A stretch of DNA of 64,000 nt from Richelia sinica FACHB-800 (GCF_014698825.1 NZ_JACJTT010000029.1:3797-67796), one strand, 5' to 3'. Shown: positions 1-10,842, numbered from the stretch's first letter. The notes: generated by a model from the sequence alone, not told the origin. Program-made: numbers and translations.

Positions 1-355
1 TTAATAATGAATGCTGAATTTGAGTAACTTGCTCAGGTGTAGCTGGAGCAACTGGATTATTTACTGATGGTTCCTGGTCTACCACCCCAGTTTTTTCTAT
101 CATCCCTACTTTTTCTTCAGCCACACTCAGAGGTGAAAATTCTGGGCTAAATGCTTCCGGTTGGGCAACTTCTACATGGTTTTGATGGGTCTGAAGACGA
201 GATAATCGTCCCTGATTATCAACCTCTGCTGTTGTCTTGACAGGGTGGACTTGTGCAGCCACAACATCAATCGGCGATGCAGAAGCCATCACATCAACAG
301 CTTCTACAGATTGAACAATAGGAGGTAGATCAGCAGGGGCAACTGGATGGAGCAT
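1..355 (-). CDS. partial CDS, hypothetical Pro/Val/Ala-rich protein (N-terminal 118 codons; 3' end beyond window edge)
   Basis: Own reverse-strand translation from ATG 355..353 (MLHPVAPADLPPIVQSVEAVDVMASASPIDVV...) stays open for 118 codons to position 2, with an in-frame TGA immediately upstream. Absent from ORF track because no stop lies inside the window. Confidence 0.3.
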   Translation of the reverse strand, partial: MLHPVAPADLPPIVQSVEAVDVMASASPIDVVAAQVHPVKTTAEVDNQGRLSRLQTHQNHVEVAQPEAFSPEFSPLSVAEEKVGMIEKTGVVDQEPSVNNPVAPATPEQVTQIQHSLL

Positions 356-557
356 ATCTCAAACACAATCAAGCTAATCAACAGGCAGATCATAAAATAC
401 TAGCCGGAAGGATGAATGACACATAGCCTTCCGACTTTCGCCTTTTGCTTACCTCTAGCAAACCGCCAAGAGGAGGACACCGCATCATCATATTTACGGT
501 TGTGTCCGTGGCGTTTTGTGTTTTCCGCCTTCCAGATGTTGGGGATAATTTGTCTGA

Positions 558-674
558 TTACTCTAAATCCCGACGACCAGGGTTACGAGCAGGGTCGTTA
601 GACAAGAACCCAAACACAAAAATGGTAACGAAGAACGCAACAACTATATAAACAGCGATTTTTAAAGTCAGCAT
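558..674 (-). CDS. psbI: photosystem II reaction centre protein I (PsbI), 38 aa
   Basis: Own translation of minus strand: [38 protein letters not shown], ending TAA at 560..558. Near-identical to conserved PsbI sequences. Below the 60-aa ORF-track cutoff. GGAG about 11 nt upstream of ATG. Confidence 0.85.
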   Translation of the reverse strand: MLTLKIAVYIVVAFFVTIFVFGFLSNDPARNPGRRDLE

Positions 675-848
675 AGAAAGGACTCCAAGGGGTTAGATAA
701 ATAAACAGAGGCTTTTCTCTGATGTATTTGCTACGCAAAAAAGATAGCTCCTTTATCTTACCCACATCTCGTGCCTTTTTGGAGGACTACATTCAGTGGA
801 ACTGAGTTCCCAACCTGACCTTATACCCGCCAAAAACTCACCATCTGA

Positions 849-1592
849 CTATAAAGATGGCTTAGGTTTGACCATCTGTTCTAGAGGAAGTCGATGCTTA
901 ATCACTCGTGCTGGTACACCTACAGCCACAGAAAAGGGAGGTATATCTTTACTAACAACTGCACCTGCGCCAATGACGCTACCTTTGCCAATTGTGACAC
1001 CATCTAAAACGGTAACGCCATGACCCAACCAACAGTTATCTTCGATGACTATTCCCTGACGAGTAATTCCTTGGTCTTTAATAAGTGATAAATGATCACT
1101 AAACTGATGATTATTAGCAAATATACCCGAATTTGCTGCAATCATACAGTGTTTACCAATAAAAATATTGCCTGGTCCAGCAAGAGAAACATTTGGTCCA
1201 ATAAAGGTTTCTTCATCAATGTATACTTGCGTATTTTCTAAACAACCAATATCTACATGTCTTTCTATAGCTACCTTTTTACCTATATAAATGCGATTTT
1301 GAGGATGTCCCTTGCCATCCAAACGGACATGTTTAAAGATGTTTACCCCATCATCTAACTCAATACAGGAAGTGCCAATAAATTCCACTCCATGTTGGAT
1401 ATAAACTTGCTGACCAATCCGATTAAAAATGTATCGATATATGAATCTTCGTAATCTAGGCCCCAGGGCAATTGTGGGAATATCTCCTAAGAAAGTAGTA
1501 ATTACCAATTCTTGCAAACGCTTTAATTTCTGCTGATACTTTTGATGGGACATACTATCTAACTCTCTAAGTGCATCGATTGTTTTGCTCAA
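849..1592 (-). CDS. hexapeptide-repeat (left-handed beta-helix) acetyl/acyltransferase, WcaF/NodL-like
   Basis: 247-aa ORF; repeated [LIV]-G-x-x-x-x hexapeptides (IGKHCMIAANSGIFANNH..., IGKGSVIGAGAVV) typical of sugar O-acetyltransferases. Confidence 0.75.
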   Translation of the reverse strand: MSKTIDALRELDSMSHQKYQQKLKRLQELVITTFLGDIPTIALGPRLRRFIYRYIFNRIGQQVYIQHGVEFIGTSCIELDDGVNIFKHVRLDGKGHPQNRIYIGKKVAIERHVDIGCLENTQVYIDEETFIGPNVSLAGPGNIFIGKHCMIAANSGIFANNHQFSDHLSLIKDQGITRQGIVIEDNCWLGHGVTVLDGVTIGKGSVIGAGAVVSKDIPPFSVAVGVPARVIKHRLPLEQMVKPKPSL

Positions 1593-2819
1593 ACTAATTC
1601 ATAGAGCGTGTTGCAGGTTGGTTTTGTTGGGGATAAATTCACTCAATCATCCCCGTTTGCATAGCAACTAATTAGCTAAATGGTTGATGAACCAGGCTAA
1701 AACATTGGCATTTATTTGCATAATCAATATGCAATAGAAATCATCGGCCAATTTTCTGGAGTAAATTGTTAATCAATTCAGAATATTTTGTTGATAGTTA
1801 CTCTTTGACTACAACCATTGATAAAAAATATGCCCACTTCACATTAACCAAGTGTCATATTTTTTGAAGATAAGAATTGGCAATAGTCAGTTTATAGATA
1901 TTAGTTGTCTTTTTGTTGTAGCGCATCTAATTTTTGACTGCATACCCAAGATAAACATGCTGATCCTCAAACATGTGAAATTAATGAATATGCAAATTCA
2001 ATTTTTATCAGCTTTGTCGCTGACAACTAATATCATCTATCAAACAGGTATATCTAAACCTAGATTACATATATTGCTGAGGCTGTTTATCACCACTAAT
2101 ATTCTTAACCTCTAGCATCACTATGTAATCTTTGCTGAATCTTTATTTAATTGAATAATTAAAAGCTTAGTTAAGGTGGAGTATCACCAACTTCTGCCAT
2201 CACATTGAAGTTAACCATCGGTGCAAACAGGTAAGCGCTTCCCCGACTGTTATGACGGCTTTCTTGCAACGTATTTCTAGAGTATTTTGCTCTAATCATG
2301 TTGCACACCAATGATTGACTGACTGACAAAATCACACGACAAATTACATGAATTGTTGTTTATAGATAATTTCCTCCCACGATAACACATTTTTTTTGAT
2401 GAGGACAAAATAAATTTTTTGTTTTGCTGAAAAAAAAGGTATTTAGTAATACAGTTATTTTATTTTTTTGCTACTTATCATTCAACCGGAATCACCCCAC
2501 TCCGCCAAAGCCGCACTTTGTATCCCCTCAACCCTTGCAGGGAGGTGTGTAACGCCTGTGGTCAACATAACTAATTTCCCGGATATGATATTAGTTAATA
2601 AATGAACTGGAAGATTTTTAAATAAAAATCTTTAAATATTTATAGGCAGCAATACCAGAGATTAAAAATTAAAAATACCGTAAATCATCATGGTTAATTT
2701 TTAATGAATCTTTTTAATTTAATCTTGATGTTGGTAGGCGGTATTCCGTTGTTGAAGAAAAATAAGCACTCAGCCGTCAGTAAGCAGAGTTGCCCAATGC
2801 TGATAGCTGAATGCCGAAA

Positions 2820-3578
2820 TTAAAACCAACCTTCTAGTTCCAGGGTTTCAATGAGTTGCAAACCACGGGGATCACCTACGCCCAATAATGATGCTTTTGC
2901 ATCTTCTCTCACACCTAAATCTTTGTCTTCTGCAAAAGCCTGAATCAGAGCATCAATGGCTGTGGCATAAACTACATTAGAAGGTAGTTCTTTGCAGAGT
3001 TGCCCTATTGCCCAAGCGCAATTACTTCGCACAGCAGCGATAGGATCTTGAACCAAAGACTCGATTAGGGGTGGAATAGCTGCAACCACGGATTCGTAGC
3101 CCACTTCTGCCATCTGTGCTAGACCACTAGCTGCCCAGAGACGAACAGCAGGAATATCTGTTCTGAGGGCATCTGCTAAAGGAACTAATGAACGGCGATC
3201 GCGACAGTTTCCTAAGGCCCAAACTACACCTTTTCGTACATAACCATTGAAATCTTTGTTCAACTGAGTAATTAACGGCTCAACTGCTTTTGGGCTGGGG
3301 TTTCTGCCTATAGCGTAAGCTGCACTAACTCTGACTAAAGGACAATTATCAGTTAAAAGGTGAATGAGATGGGGTACTGCCCGCTCATCTTCAATATCAC
3401 AGAAAGCACGCGCAGCTAACATCCGTTGCTGGGGCTGAGGGTTTTCCAAGAGTTCCAGCATTAATTCTGGATCAGGTTTGGCCATTTCTGATTCAGCAGA
3501 AAATGGCTCTATTTGATCTAGGGGGCTTTCTAGCTCCTCTTCGGTATCAAGTAGGCTGAGATCGTCTTCGTCGTACAT
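2820..3578 (-). CDS. HEAT-repeat (PBS-lyase type) protein
   Basis: 252 aa; acidic N-terminus then repeated HEAT/PBS-lyase units (AARAFCDIEDERAVPHLIHLL..., PLVRVSAAYAIGRNPSPKAVEPL..., VRLWAASGLAQM..., AVRSNCAWAIGQL). Confidence 0.7.
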   Translation of the reverse strand: MYDEDDLSLLDTEEELESPLDQIEPFSAESEMAKPDPELMLELLENPQPQQRMLAARAFCDIEDERAVPHLIHLLTDNCPLVRVSAAYAIGRNPSPKAVEPLITQLNKDFNGYVRKGVVWALGNCRDRRSLVPLADALRTDIPAVRLWAASGLAQMAEVGYESVVAAIPPLIESLVQDPIAAVRSNCAWAIGQLCKELPSNVVYATAIDALIQAFAEDKDLGVREDAKASLLGVGDPRGLQLIETLELEGWF

Positions 3579-3943
3579 AGTGATTTAACTTGAATCCCTG
3601 CTAGGGATCAACTTGCAACCCCCTATAGCAACAAGCAAAACCTTGTTAGAGATAAGTTACATAATTGTACACCATGAACACTTATCAGGGTGGGGAAGGT
3701 TAGGAGTAGGGCTGACGCTGCGTTGCGCTAACAGGAGTAGGGCTAATACCACGCTGCCCTATCAGCAGTTTACAAGCAGTCTGTGTTTGTTCTTCCTGAT
3801 GGAGAGTTAGGGGAAATTTTTATGTTAAAAACTGCCTAAGTAATAGAGCTTATATCTATTGATTTAGGTCATCAGCGAGAGGAAAAATTCATAAATATTT
3901 CTTACCGTTGTGGTGAATAGTTATTGGAAAAATATAAGAACTT

Positions 3944-4831
3944 ATGTCACTTTACAAACTAGCAGATTTTGATCCTCAATACCGCGACACTTTTGATGGA
4001 CAAGAAATTAAGGGTCTGGGAGTTTATACAGAAGGAACTGACGAAAAAATCGGTAATGTCCATGATGTTTTGGTTGATGATGATGGACATTTTCGTTATT
4101 TAGTAGTTGATTTGGGGTTTTGGATTTTTGGGAAAAAAGTATTATTACCCATAGGTCGCGCACGGATTGATTATAATCGCGATCGCGTGACTGTGATTGG
4201 TTTAACGAGACAACAAGCAGAGGAGTTACCTGAGTTTAACGAGCGTTTAGCCCTAGATTACGACTATGAAGAGCGAGTCCGTGGTGTTTATCGCAATAGA
4301 CCTGTAGAAACAACTGCACCTTTAGAATCGGCAACACCCCTAGAATCATCAACATCACTAGGAACTACCTCTACACAACCTACCTACACCCGCGATACCT
4401 ATACCTATGACAAGGAACCAGGTTTGTTTGGCTTACATGACCAAGACAATCCAACCTTGAGATTGTATGAGGAAAGATTAATTGCGAATAAGCGTCGTCA
4501 GAAAGTTGGGGAAGTAGGAGTTGGTAAACATGTGGAAAGTGAAACTGCAAGGGTAGCGGTTCCAGTGGAAAGGGAACATGTGGTGATTGAAAGGATGACA
4601 CCAACTGATGCCGGCAGAACTGTGACTCCTGGGGAAGCGAACTTCCAAGAAGGAGAAGTAGCACGGATGGAAATCTACGAAGAAACGCCGGAGGTGAGAA
4701 AAGAAGCGTTTATTCGGGAAGAAGTAAGAGTTAAAAAAGTAGTTGAAAAAGACACAGTGGAAAGACAAGAAACTGTGCGACGGGAAGAGTTAGATGTCGA
4801 TGCGTCTGGGTTACCAGTGGATGAAAGATAA
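3944..4831 (+). CDS. PRC-barrel domain protein with C-terminal DUF2382 (YsnF/AvaK-like) domain
   Basis: N-terminus GNVHDVLVDDDGHFRYLVVDLGFWIFGKKVLLPIGRARIDYNRDRVTV is a PRC-barrel signature. C-terminus LRLYEERLIANKRRQKVGEVGVGKHVESE...EEVRVKKVVEKDTV matches the DUF2382 repeat. Confidence 0.65.
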   Translation: MSLYKLADFDPQYRDTFDGQEIKGLGVYTEGTDEKIGNVHDVLVDDDGHFRYLVVDLGFWIFGKKVLLPIGRARIDYNRDRVTVIGLTRQQAEELPEFNERLALDYDYEERVRGVYRNRPVETTAPLESATPLESSTSLGTTSTQPTYTRDTYTYDKEPGLFGLHDQDNPTLRLYEERLIANKRRQKVGEVGVGKHVESETARVAVPVEREHVVIERMTPTDAGRTVTPGEANFQEGEVARMEIYEETPEVRKEAFIREEVRVKKVVEKDTVERQETVRREELDVDASGLPVDER

Positions 4832-4974
4832 AGAATTGTAGTTTTTTCATGAATCGTACTTGTTTTTTGATTTCTTCAAGCATTTATTCTCTTCCTGTCC
4901 CCCCTTCGGGGGAGACAATACAAGAGGAAGAAAAATAGCAAATTTTTTTATTAAAAAATAAATTAAAGCAAAAC

Positions 4975-5490
4975 ATGTCAGAATCTATACATCAAGAATC
5001 AGCAATAAATCTACCTTTCATCGATGATGGTTTAGCTGGGGGAAATAAGTTCACTGAATTGGTAGAGGAAGAGATAATTCCTTTATTAGAGGAAAAATTA
5101 ATTGTTAATCATACCAAGCAAAGAATCGGGGAGGTAATTGTTCGTAAGCAAATTACAACCCAGATGATAGAGATTCCTGTGCGAAGGGAAAGGTTAATTG
5201 TCGAACAAATTAGTCCTACCCATAGACAATTGGCAGAAATCGATTTAAAAACTGGAGATAGAGAAGATATTCAGCTGATTAGTAAAGAATTGCCAGACAA
5301 TGGGCATTTGCACCAAGGTTTACTGGTGTGTGGTCAGTTCATTTCTCCCAAGGTTGCTAGTTTAATTTTAAATGCGATCGCCCTCGAACAAGACCATGGC
5401 TGTCAGCAAGTTCAGGTAATAATCGCTGTGGAGAACGAATCTCAACGGCAAAGGTATCAAGAATGGTTTAATCGTTGTTCTCACAGCTAA
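4975..5490 (+). CDS. DUF2382 (YsnF/AvaK-like) domain protein
   Basis: EEIIPLLEEKLIVNHTKQRIGEVIVRKQITTQMIEIPVRRERLIVEQ resembles the DUF2382 core; paralogous to the C-terminus of the upstream gene. Confidence 0.5.
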   Translation: MSESIHQESAINLPFIDDGLAGGNKFTELVEEEIIPLLEEKLIVNHTKQRIGEVIVRKQITTQMIEIPVRRERLIVEQISPTHRQLAEIDLKTGDREDIQLISKELPDNGHLHQGLLVCGQFISPKVASLILNAIALEQDHGCQQVQVIIAVENESQRQRYQEWFNRCSHS

Positions 5491-5682
5491 GGTGGAAGCA
5501 TTGGCAACAGCATATTTATCTGTCCATATGAAAATATCCCCTAGTGGCAAGCACTTGTGGGGATTTTTTCATAAACTAGCCGAGTCCATAGGGTTATATA
5601 TAAGCTACAAAACATTTGTGTAAAACTAGTGGAGAGATGCAACAAGATTAGTTGTCTCCACTAGTCAAGAGTTATGTAACTA

Positions 5683-6900
5683 TTAAACGGACTTAACTTC
5701 AGGTGTATAATTATTCCGCGCTTTGACAGCCCAAAACAAAACTGCAAACGTCAAAATTCCCGCTAAATATAAGGGATAGCCATAGGTAATGGGATGAGAT
5801 TGTTGAACTATAACACCAGCAATCACAGGGCCAATACCATTAGAAATACTTAAATAAGAAGCATTTAACCCCATGACCATACCCTGTTCTTGAGGTTGGG
5901 CATTTAATGATAGTAATGTACTAATCATGGGTTGGACTAGGGAATTAAAGATAGAAAACAATATACTGATGATGACAAAATAACTAATATTGGGAATCAC
6001 CGGCATTAACACAAATGATAGGCTACGGAAAAATAGCCCTAGAAACATAATTTTTACTACACTTATTTTGGTTTTTAATACAGACACACCCCAGGTTTGC
6101 ATAATTACTGCCATTGTGCCAAATCCCAAAAATAGTAGCGTTAAGGATTCGCTACTTTGCTGCAAAACATTGATAAAGTAAGGTTGAAACGCATAGGTAA
6201 ACATTGTAAAAGTTGTACCTGTACAGAAGTTGATTAATAATAAGATTCCTACCCCTGGTTTGGTTAAGCCTTTAACTAAATTTTCTAAACCCAAATCAAA
6301 AATATTACCTGTTTGGGCAACTGGAGTGGGTAAGGTTTCCGGTAAAAATACAACTGTTAAAATTAGGGCGATTAAGGCTACAGCAGCAGAAACCAAAAAG
6401 GCAGTACCTAAGGAAACTTTTTGTGCTAATAAACTGGTTACAGGGCCTAGCACAAACCCTAAACCCATAGCCGCACCAAAAATCCCAAAGGCTTGAGCGC
6501 GGTCTTTAGGCCCAGTAATATCAGAAATAATTGCCTGGGCCACAGATAAATTTCCACCAGTGATACCATCAAGAAATCTGCCCAAGAATACCAAACTAGC
6601 TGTTGTTGCCGTACCAGCAATCAAATTAGCGATTACAGTACCCGCTAGACTGATAATTAATAACGGCTTGCGTCCAAATCTATCAGATAATTTACCAATA
6701 ACTGGTGTGGCAAAAAACTGAGCGATGGCATACATAGAAAATAATAAACTGGTTTGCAAGTCACTCAGCCCAAATTTTTTACCATATAAATAAATAATGG
6801 GAATTAAAATTGTCACGCTGAGAGAGTTAATAAAAGCAATTAACGCTGTAATCCAAAAATTACGATTCATTATTAACAAATAACCCCGATTTTGATTCAA
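5683..6900 (-). CDS. MFS transporter (12-TM, drug/H+ antiporter-like)
   Basis: 405 aa, hydrophobic throughout; MFS motif GKLSDRFGRKPLL after TM2. The true start may be the internal Met at 6870 (MNRNFWITALIA...). Confidence 0.8.
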   Translation of the reverse strand: MNQNRGYLLIMNRNFWITALIAFINSLSVTILIPIIYLYGKKFGLSDLQTSLLFSMYAIAQFFATPVIGKLSDRFGRKPLLIISLAGTVIANLIAGTATTASLVFLGRFLDGITGGNLSVAQAIISDITGPKDRAQAFGIFGAAMGLGFVLGPVTSLLAQKVSLGTAFLVSAAVALIALILTVVFLPETLPTPVAQTGNIFDLGLENLVKGLTKPGVGILLLINFCTGTTFTMFTYAFQPYFINVLQQSSESLTLLFLGFGTMAVIMQTWGVSVLKTKISVVKIMFLGLFFRSLSFVLMPVIPNISYFVIISILFSIFNSLVQPMISTLLSLNAQPQEQGMVMGLNASYLSISNGIGPVIAGVIVQQSHPITYGYPLYLAGILTFAVLFWAVKARNNYTPEVKSV

Positions 6901-7010
6901 TATTTGTTTTCAATGCACAAGGCTGAGACCTATGGCATTACTCACAGCTAATTCGCTCAATATTTCCCAAGAGAAAATACAAAATGGTATAACGTTATTC
7001 ATCCTACCAT

Positions 7011-7967
7011 TTGCTGCCTTTTTGGATCACCTATATGAAATTTCGATTGCTGAGACTTTCTCGCCACACAAAAAAACTATTAATTCCCAAGATTCAAATC
7101 AACATCGACAATGGCAAGTTGCAGATATCAAATCAGGGTGTATGGCATTCCTATTGGCGAGATCCCTATCATCTATTGCTGACTGTTTCTTGGAGTGGTT
7201 TTATTTTGCTGATTTGTTTATGTTATTTAGCTATTAATGCTGTTTTTGCTTTGGCTTATGTTCTAGGCGGAGATTGTATTGCTAATGCTACACCAGGTTC
7301 TTTTTTTGATGCCTTTTTCTTTAGTGTGCAAACATTAGCATCAATTGGCTATGGTGCGATGTATCCAAAAAGTTTTTATGCTCATATTATTGTCACCATT
7401 GAAGCCATGATTGGTGTGATGGGAATTGCTTTAATGACAGGATTAGCTTTTGCTAGATTTTCCCGTCCTACAGCCCGTGTGATGTTTAGTAATGTGGCCG
7501 TAGTGACTAACTACGATGGTAAGAAAACATTGATGTTTCGTACTGCTAACCAACGCCGCAACAGTATCTTAGAGGCGCAAATCAAGGCCTATTTGATTAG
7601 GGATGAAGTGACTGTGGAAGGGAATTTTTTTCGCCGCATTTACGACTTACGTCTGCTTCGTCCCCAAACTCCTGAGTTTATGTTAACTTGGCTAGTTAGG
7701 CATGTAATTGATGAATCTAGCCCTTTATATGGGATGTCTACAGAATCTTTAATTAAAACTAATTCTTTATTAATCATTTCTTTGAGTGGAATTGATGAAA
7801 CTGTGTCCCAAGTGGTTCATGCTCGTTACAGTTATGGCCCTCATGATATTTTATGGAACCAACAATTTGTAGATATTATTCACCATACGCCAGATGGACA
7901 TCGCTACATAGATTATCAGCATTTTCATGATGTTTTTAGTGTTAATGATTTACAGGAGTCCTCATAG
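7011..7967 (+). CDS. inward-rectifier-type potassium channel (KirBac family)
   Basis: Two TM helices flank a pore helix with selectivity filter TLASIGYG; cytoplasmic Kir C-terminal beta domain follows (VTNYDGKKTLMFRTANQRRNSILEAQIKAY...). Confidence 0.75.
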   Translation: MLPFWITYMKFRLLRLSRHTKKLLIPKIQINIDNGKLQISNQGVWHSYWRDPYHLLLTVSWSGFILLICLCYLAINAVFALAYVLGGDCIANATPGSFFDAFFFSVQTLASIGYGAMYPKSFYAHIIVTIEAMIGVMGIALMTGLAFARFSRPTARVMFSNVAVVTNYDGKKTLMFRTANQRRNSILEAQIKAYLIRDEVTVEGNFFRRIYDLRLLRPQTPEFMLTWLVRHVIDESSPLYGMSTESLIKTNSLLIISLSGIDETVSQVVHARYSYGPHDILWNQQFVDIIHHTPDGHRYIDYQHFHDVFSVNDLQESS

Positions 7968-9989
7968 TTAGCGAATGTGTCGAATTACCTCGGCAACAGA
8001 CCAAGCTTGAGCGATCGCACCTCTGGCTGTATGGGGTGGGTCTCCATCAAAAATTTCAGAAATGGAACCCAGACCAGCACTATGTTGAAAATGGTCTAAC
8101 ATTGGTTGCCAATCAAAAGGTAATGGTGTTTCCGGATAAAATCTCTGCCAGGCACGTATATAGGGGCCAATTAACCAACTCCACACCGTTCCTTGATGAT
8201 AGGCGCGATCGCGTTTCAGGGGACTGCCTTCATAAATGCCCACATACTCGGCATCCTTGGGGGAAAGACTACGCAAACCGTAAGGAGTAAGTAAATCAGT
8301 AGTTGCTAAATCCAAAACTTGCCGACCTTGGTGTTGGGAAAAAGCGCAGTGATGCAGAGATAAAGCCAAAACTGCATTGGGACGAATTTGGGCATCACGG
8401 CGATCGTCTAATTGAATTAAGTCATATAAATAACCCAATTGGGGATTCCAGAACTTTTGCAAAGATGCCTTTACCCTTTCGGCTTGCTGGCTATAGCGTT
8501 GGGCTTGATTAGCAAAGCGTGAAGAATTATCTCCATCCCGATGGCTTAAACGTTCTGCCCATTGACTCAACCAACATAAAGCTGAATACCAAAGGGCATT
8601 AATTTCCACAGGCTTGCCACGACGGGGTGTAATAGGTGTGCCGTTAATCACTGCATCCATCCAAGTCAAGGCCACACTAGGGGCATCCCAAGTCACTAAT
8701 CCATCGATAGCATCAACATGGATATGGTAACGGGTTCCACCTACAAAAGCTTTATGAATCTTTTGCACCGTGGGAAATTGTTCAGCTAAAAATTGCCAAT
8801 CTTGAGTAGCTTCTAAATAAAGACCTAAAGTTTCAATCCACCACAAAGCAGCATCAATGCTGTTATAGAAAGGTTCACCACCCAAATCAGGAAAGGCATT
8901 AGGTATTAATCCATGCTGACAGTAACGACCAAAGGTGCGTAATAATCCTTTAGCAATGTCAAAACGTTTAGTGACTAAGGCTAATCCTGGTAAGGCAATC
9001 AAGGTATCTCTACCCCAATCATTAAACCAGTGATAGCCAGCAATTACCGTCGGCCCACCAATGGAGGGACGATAAACAATAAATTGATCACCTGCTTTGA
9101 GGAGTTGATACCAAATGGAAGATTTTGCTGCTTCGTGGTTTTCTTCTTGATTAAAAGTGTGAATTAGTCTTTCTTGTTCAGTCACAACTGCTTGTGCAAA
9201 ACTTTCCTGGGTAAGACTTTGGTGATGTGAGTTTGGTAACCCTACTTGCGCTTCTAGCACTACTGTATCCCCTGGTTGGAGATGCACAGTTAAAAAACCA
9301 GGACTATAAAGGTCTTCCCGATCACCTACTCCCCGTTTGCTTTCCTCTGGTAAGCCATAATTCCAATACCATACAGGGTCAGCTTGATATTCTCCCTGCG
9401 TCCACCGCAAATGCCAAGGTGTGCCAAACTGACCAGAATTAATGCTTTGGAAACATACATATTGCTGGTCTAGTAATTGGGAAAACTGTAATTTCAGACT
9501 ACCTTGTTGTTGGTGGTGAAAATCGCGATCGCCTATGAGGATTCTCAGCCTTAAAATTGCTGACTCTTGACCTTCGTAACGATATTGAATTAATAACCTT
9601 TGAGCATCAGTGTTGTTTTCCCCCTCTACCTGATGCCAACCATAGGGCATGATCAATTGGCGAGTTAAATGCCAATCATCTTCTCCCCACAGCCATTTGG
9701 GAACTGGCTCATTTTCAAAAGATTGTAAATATTGATAACCTGTCGGTTCAATTTGACCACTACCCCAGATATTTGTCCCTAAAGCGATCGCTTTTTCTGG
9801 CAACTCTAAACTTGCTTCTAAGTGGGAAAGCAGTAGTTTCCTTCCTAATGGTGGATTTGTCGCCGCAAAAAACCAACCATGATAAGTCCTGGTACGGACA
9901 TCAGCAACTGTACCACTAGCGAAACAACCTAACCCATTAGTTAGTAGCCATTCTCTTGTATCAATTGTCTGCATTAACTTCAACCACAC
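7968..9989 (-). CDS. glycogen debranching enzyme (amylo-alpha-1,6-glucosidase, GDE N+C domains)
   Basis: 673 aa; N-terminal TREWLLTNGLGCFASGTVADVRTRTYHGWF and C-terminal GDE_C motifs (LFGRDTLIALPG, ALWWIETL, ASLQKFWNPQLGYLYD). Confidence 0.8.
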   Translation of the reverse strand: MWLKLMQTIDTREWLLTNGLGCFASGTVADVRTRTYHGWFFAATNPPLGRKLLLSHLEASLELPEKAIALGTNIWGSGQIEPTGYQYLQSFENEPVPKWLWGEDDWHLTRQLIMPYGWHQVEGENNTDAQRLLIQYRYEGQESAILRLRILIGDRDFHHQQQGSLKLQFSQLLDQQYVCFQSINSGQFGTPWHLRWTQGEYQADPVWYWNYGLPEESKRGVGDREDLYSPGFLTVHLQPGDTVVLEAQVGLPNSHHQSLTQESFAQAVVTEQERLIHTFNQEENHEAAKSSIWYQLLKAGDQFIVYRPSIGGPTVIAGYHWFNDWGRDTLIALPGLALVTKRFDIAKGLLRTFGRYCQHGLIPNAFPDLGGEPFYNSIDAALWWIETLGLYLEATQDWQFLAEQFPTVQKIHKAFVGGTRYHIHVDAIDGLVTWDAPSVALTWMDAVINGTPITPRRGKPVEINALWYSALCWLSQWAERLSHRDGDNSSRFANQAQRYSQQAERVKASLQKFWNPQLGYLYDLIQLDDRRDAQIRPNAVLALSLHHCAFSQHQGRQVLDLATTDLLTPYGLRSLSPKDAEYVGIYEGSPLKRDRAYHQGTVWSWLIGPYIRAWQRFYPETPLPFDWQPMLDHFQHSAGLGSISEIFDGDPPHTARGAIAQAWSVAEVIRHIR

Positions 9990-10178
9990 CCTGATGCCAA
10001 GAGTATTTTACCCAGTGCCCATGGAAATTAATTATTAATTTATCATTTAGTCAAAATCGTTATGACTATGATATAGTGTTAACAGATCGTAATCAAACTG
10101 TGACAGCGTGGATGGGTAAGTCTATAGCTAACCCAAAATTCAACGCTAAAAGGTAGATATAAAAGGAGACATAAGTAA

Positions 10179-10790
10179 ATGACCGTCACTTACGGAACAG
10201 AAGGAAGCCTCCGCGTTGGTCAACAGGCTCCCGATTTTACAGCCACAGCAGTAGTGGATCAGGAATTTAAGACAATTAAGCTTTCTGACTATCGTGGTAA
10301 GTACGTTGTACTGTTTTTCTACCCCCTAGACTTTACATTCGTTTGTCCCACAGAAATCACAGCATTTAGCGATCGCTACGAAGAATTCAAGAAACTGAAC
10401 ACCGAAGTGCTTGGTGTATCCGTTGACAGCGAATTCTCTCACCTAGCTTGGATTCAAACAGACCGCAAATCTGGTGGCGTAGGTGACTTAAACTATCCCC
10501 TCGTTTCCGACATCAAAAAAGAAATTAGCGCAGCTTACAACGTTCTTGACCCAGCCGCAGGCATCGCTTTGCGTGGCTTGTTCATCATTGACAAAGACGG
10601 TGTAATCCAACACGCTACCATTAACAACCTCGCTTTCGGTCGCAGCGTTGATGAAACCCTGCGGACATTACAAGCAATCCAATACGTCCAATCTCACCCA
10701 GACGAAGTTTGCCCCGCAGGTTGGCAACCCGGAGAAAAGACAATGGTTCCCGACCCTGTGAAGTCCAAAGTTTACTTCGCAGCCGTGTAA
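10179..10790 (+). CDS. typical 2-Cys peroxiredoxin (AhpC/BAS1 type)
   Basis: [15 protein letters not shown] peroxidatic Cys motif plus C-terminal resolving Cys (EVCPAGW); 203 aa. Confidence 0.9.
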   Translation: MTVTYGTEGSLRVGQQAPDFTATAVVDQEFKTIKLSDYRGKYVVLFFYPLDFTFVCPTEITAFSDRYEEFKKLNTEVLGVSVDSEFSHLAWIQTDRKSGGVGDLNYPLVSDIKKEISAAYNVLDPAAGIALRGLFIIDKDGVIQHATINNLAFGRSVDETLRTLQAIQYVQSHPDEVCPAGWQPGEKTMVPDPVKSKVYFAAV

Positions 10791-10795
10791 TTAAT

Positions 10796-10833
10796 AAGTT
10801 ATTGGTAATGGGTCATTCTATTACCAATAACTT
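10796..10833. terminator. 14-bp perfect inverted repeat hairpin (AAGTTATTGGTAAT / ATTACCAATAACTT) just after the peroxiredoxin stop
   Basis: Read directly: aagttattggtaatgggtcattctattaccaataactt, followed by caatttt. Confidence 0.5.
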
Positions 10834-10842
10834 CAATTTTAG

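Noticed and set aside
1852-2115. 87-aa plus-strand ORF in the AT-rich spacer after the acetyltransferase gene
   Set aside because: Ile/Leu/Asn-rich translation typical of random AT-rich DNA; no RBS or motif. The region is more likely a long promoter/5' region.
2440-2560. Possible small RNA in the conserved-looking GC-rich stretch (ccccactccgccaaagccgcactttgtatcccctcaacccttgcagggagg) upstream of the HEAT-repeat gene
   Set aside because: No convincing stem-loop set, promoter or terminator could be assigned by eye. Left unannotated.
3700-3775. Direct repeat aggagtagggct(g/a)a ... aggagtagggctaa with gcgttgcgc palindrome between the HEAT gene and the PRC-barrel gene
   Set aside because: Only two short copies. 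It could be a promoter element or chance; insufficient evidence to call it a feature.
4380-4768. ORFs 4380..4664 and 4478..4768 on the minus strand
   Set aside because: Entirely antisense to the well-supported PRC-barrel/DUF2382 gene; low-complexity translations. Treated as shadow ORFs.
8036-9442. Plus-strand ORFs 8036..8290, 8303..8512 and 9227..9442
   Set aside because: All lie antisense within the 673-aa glycogen debranching enzyme gene, which has strong family motifs.
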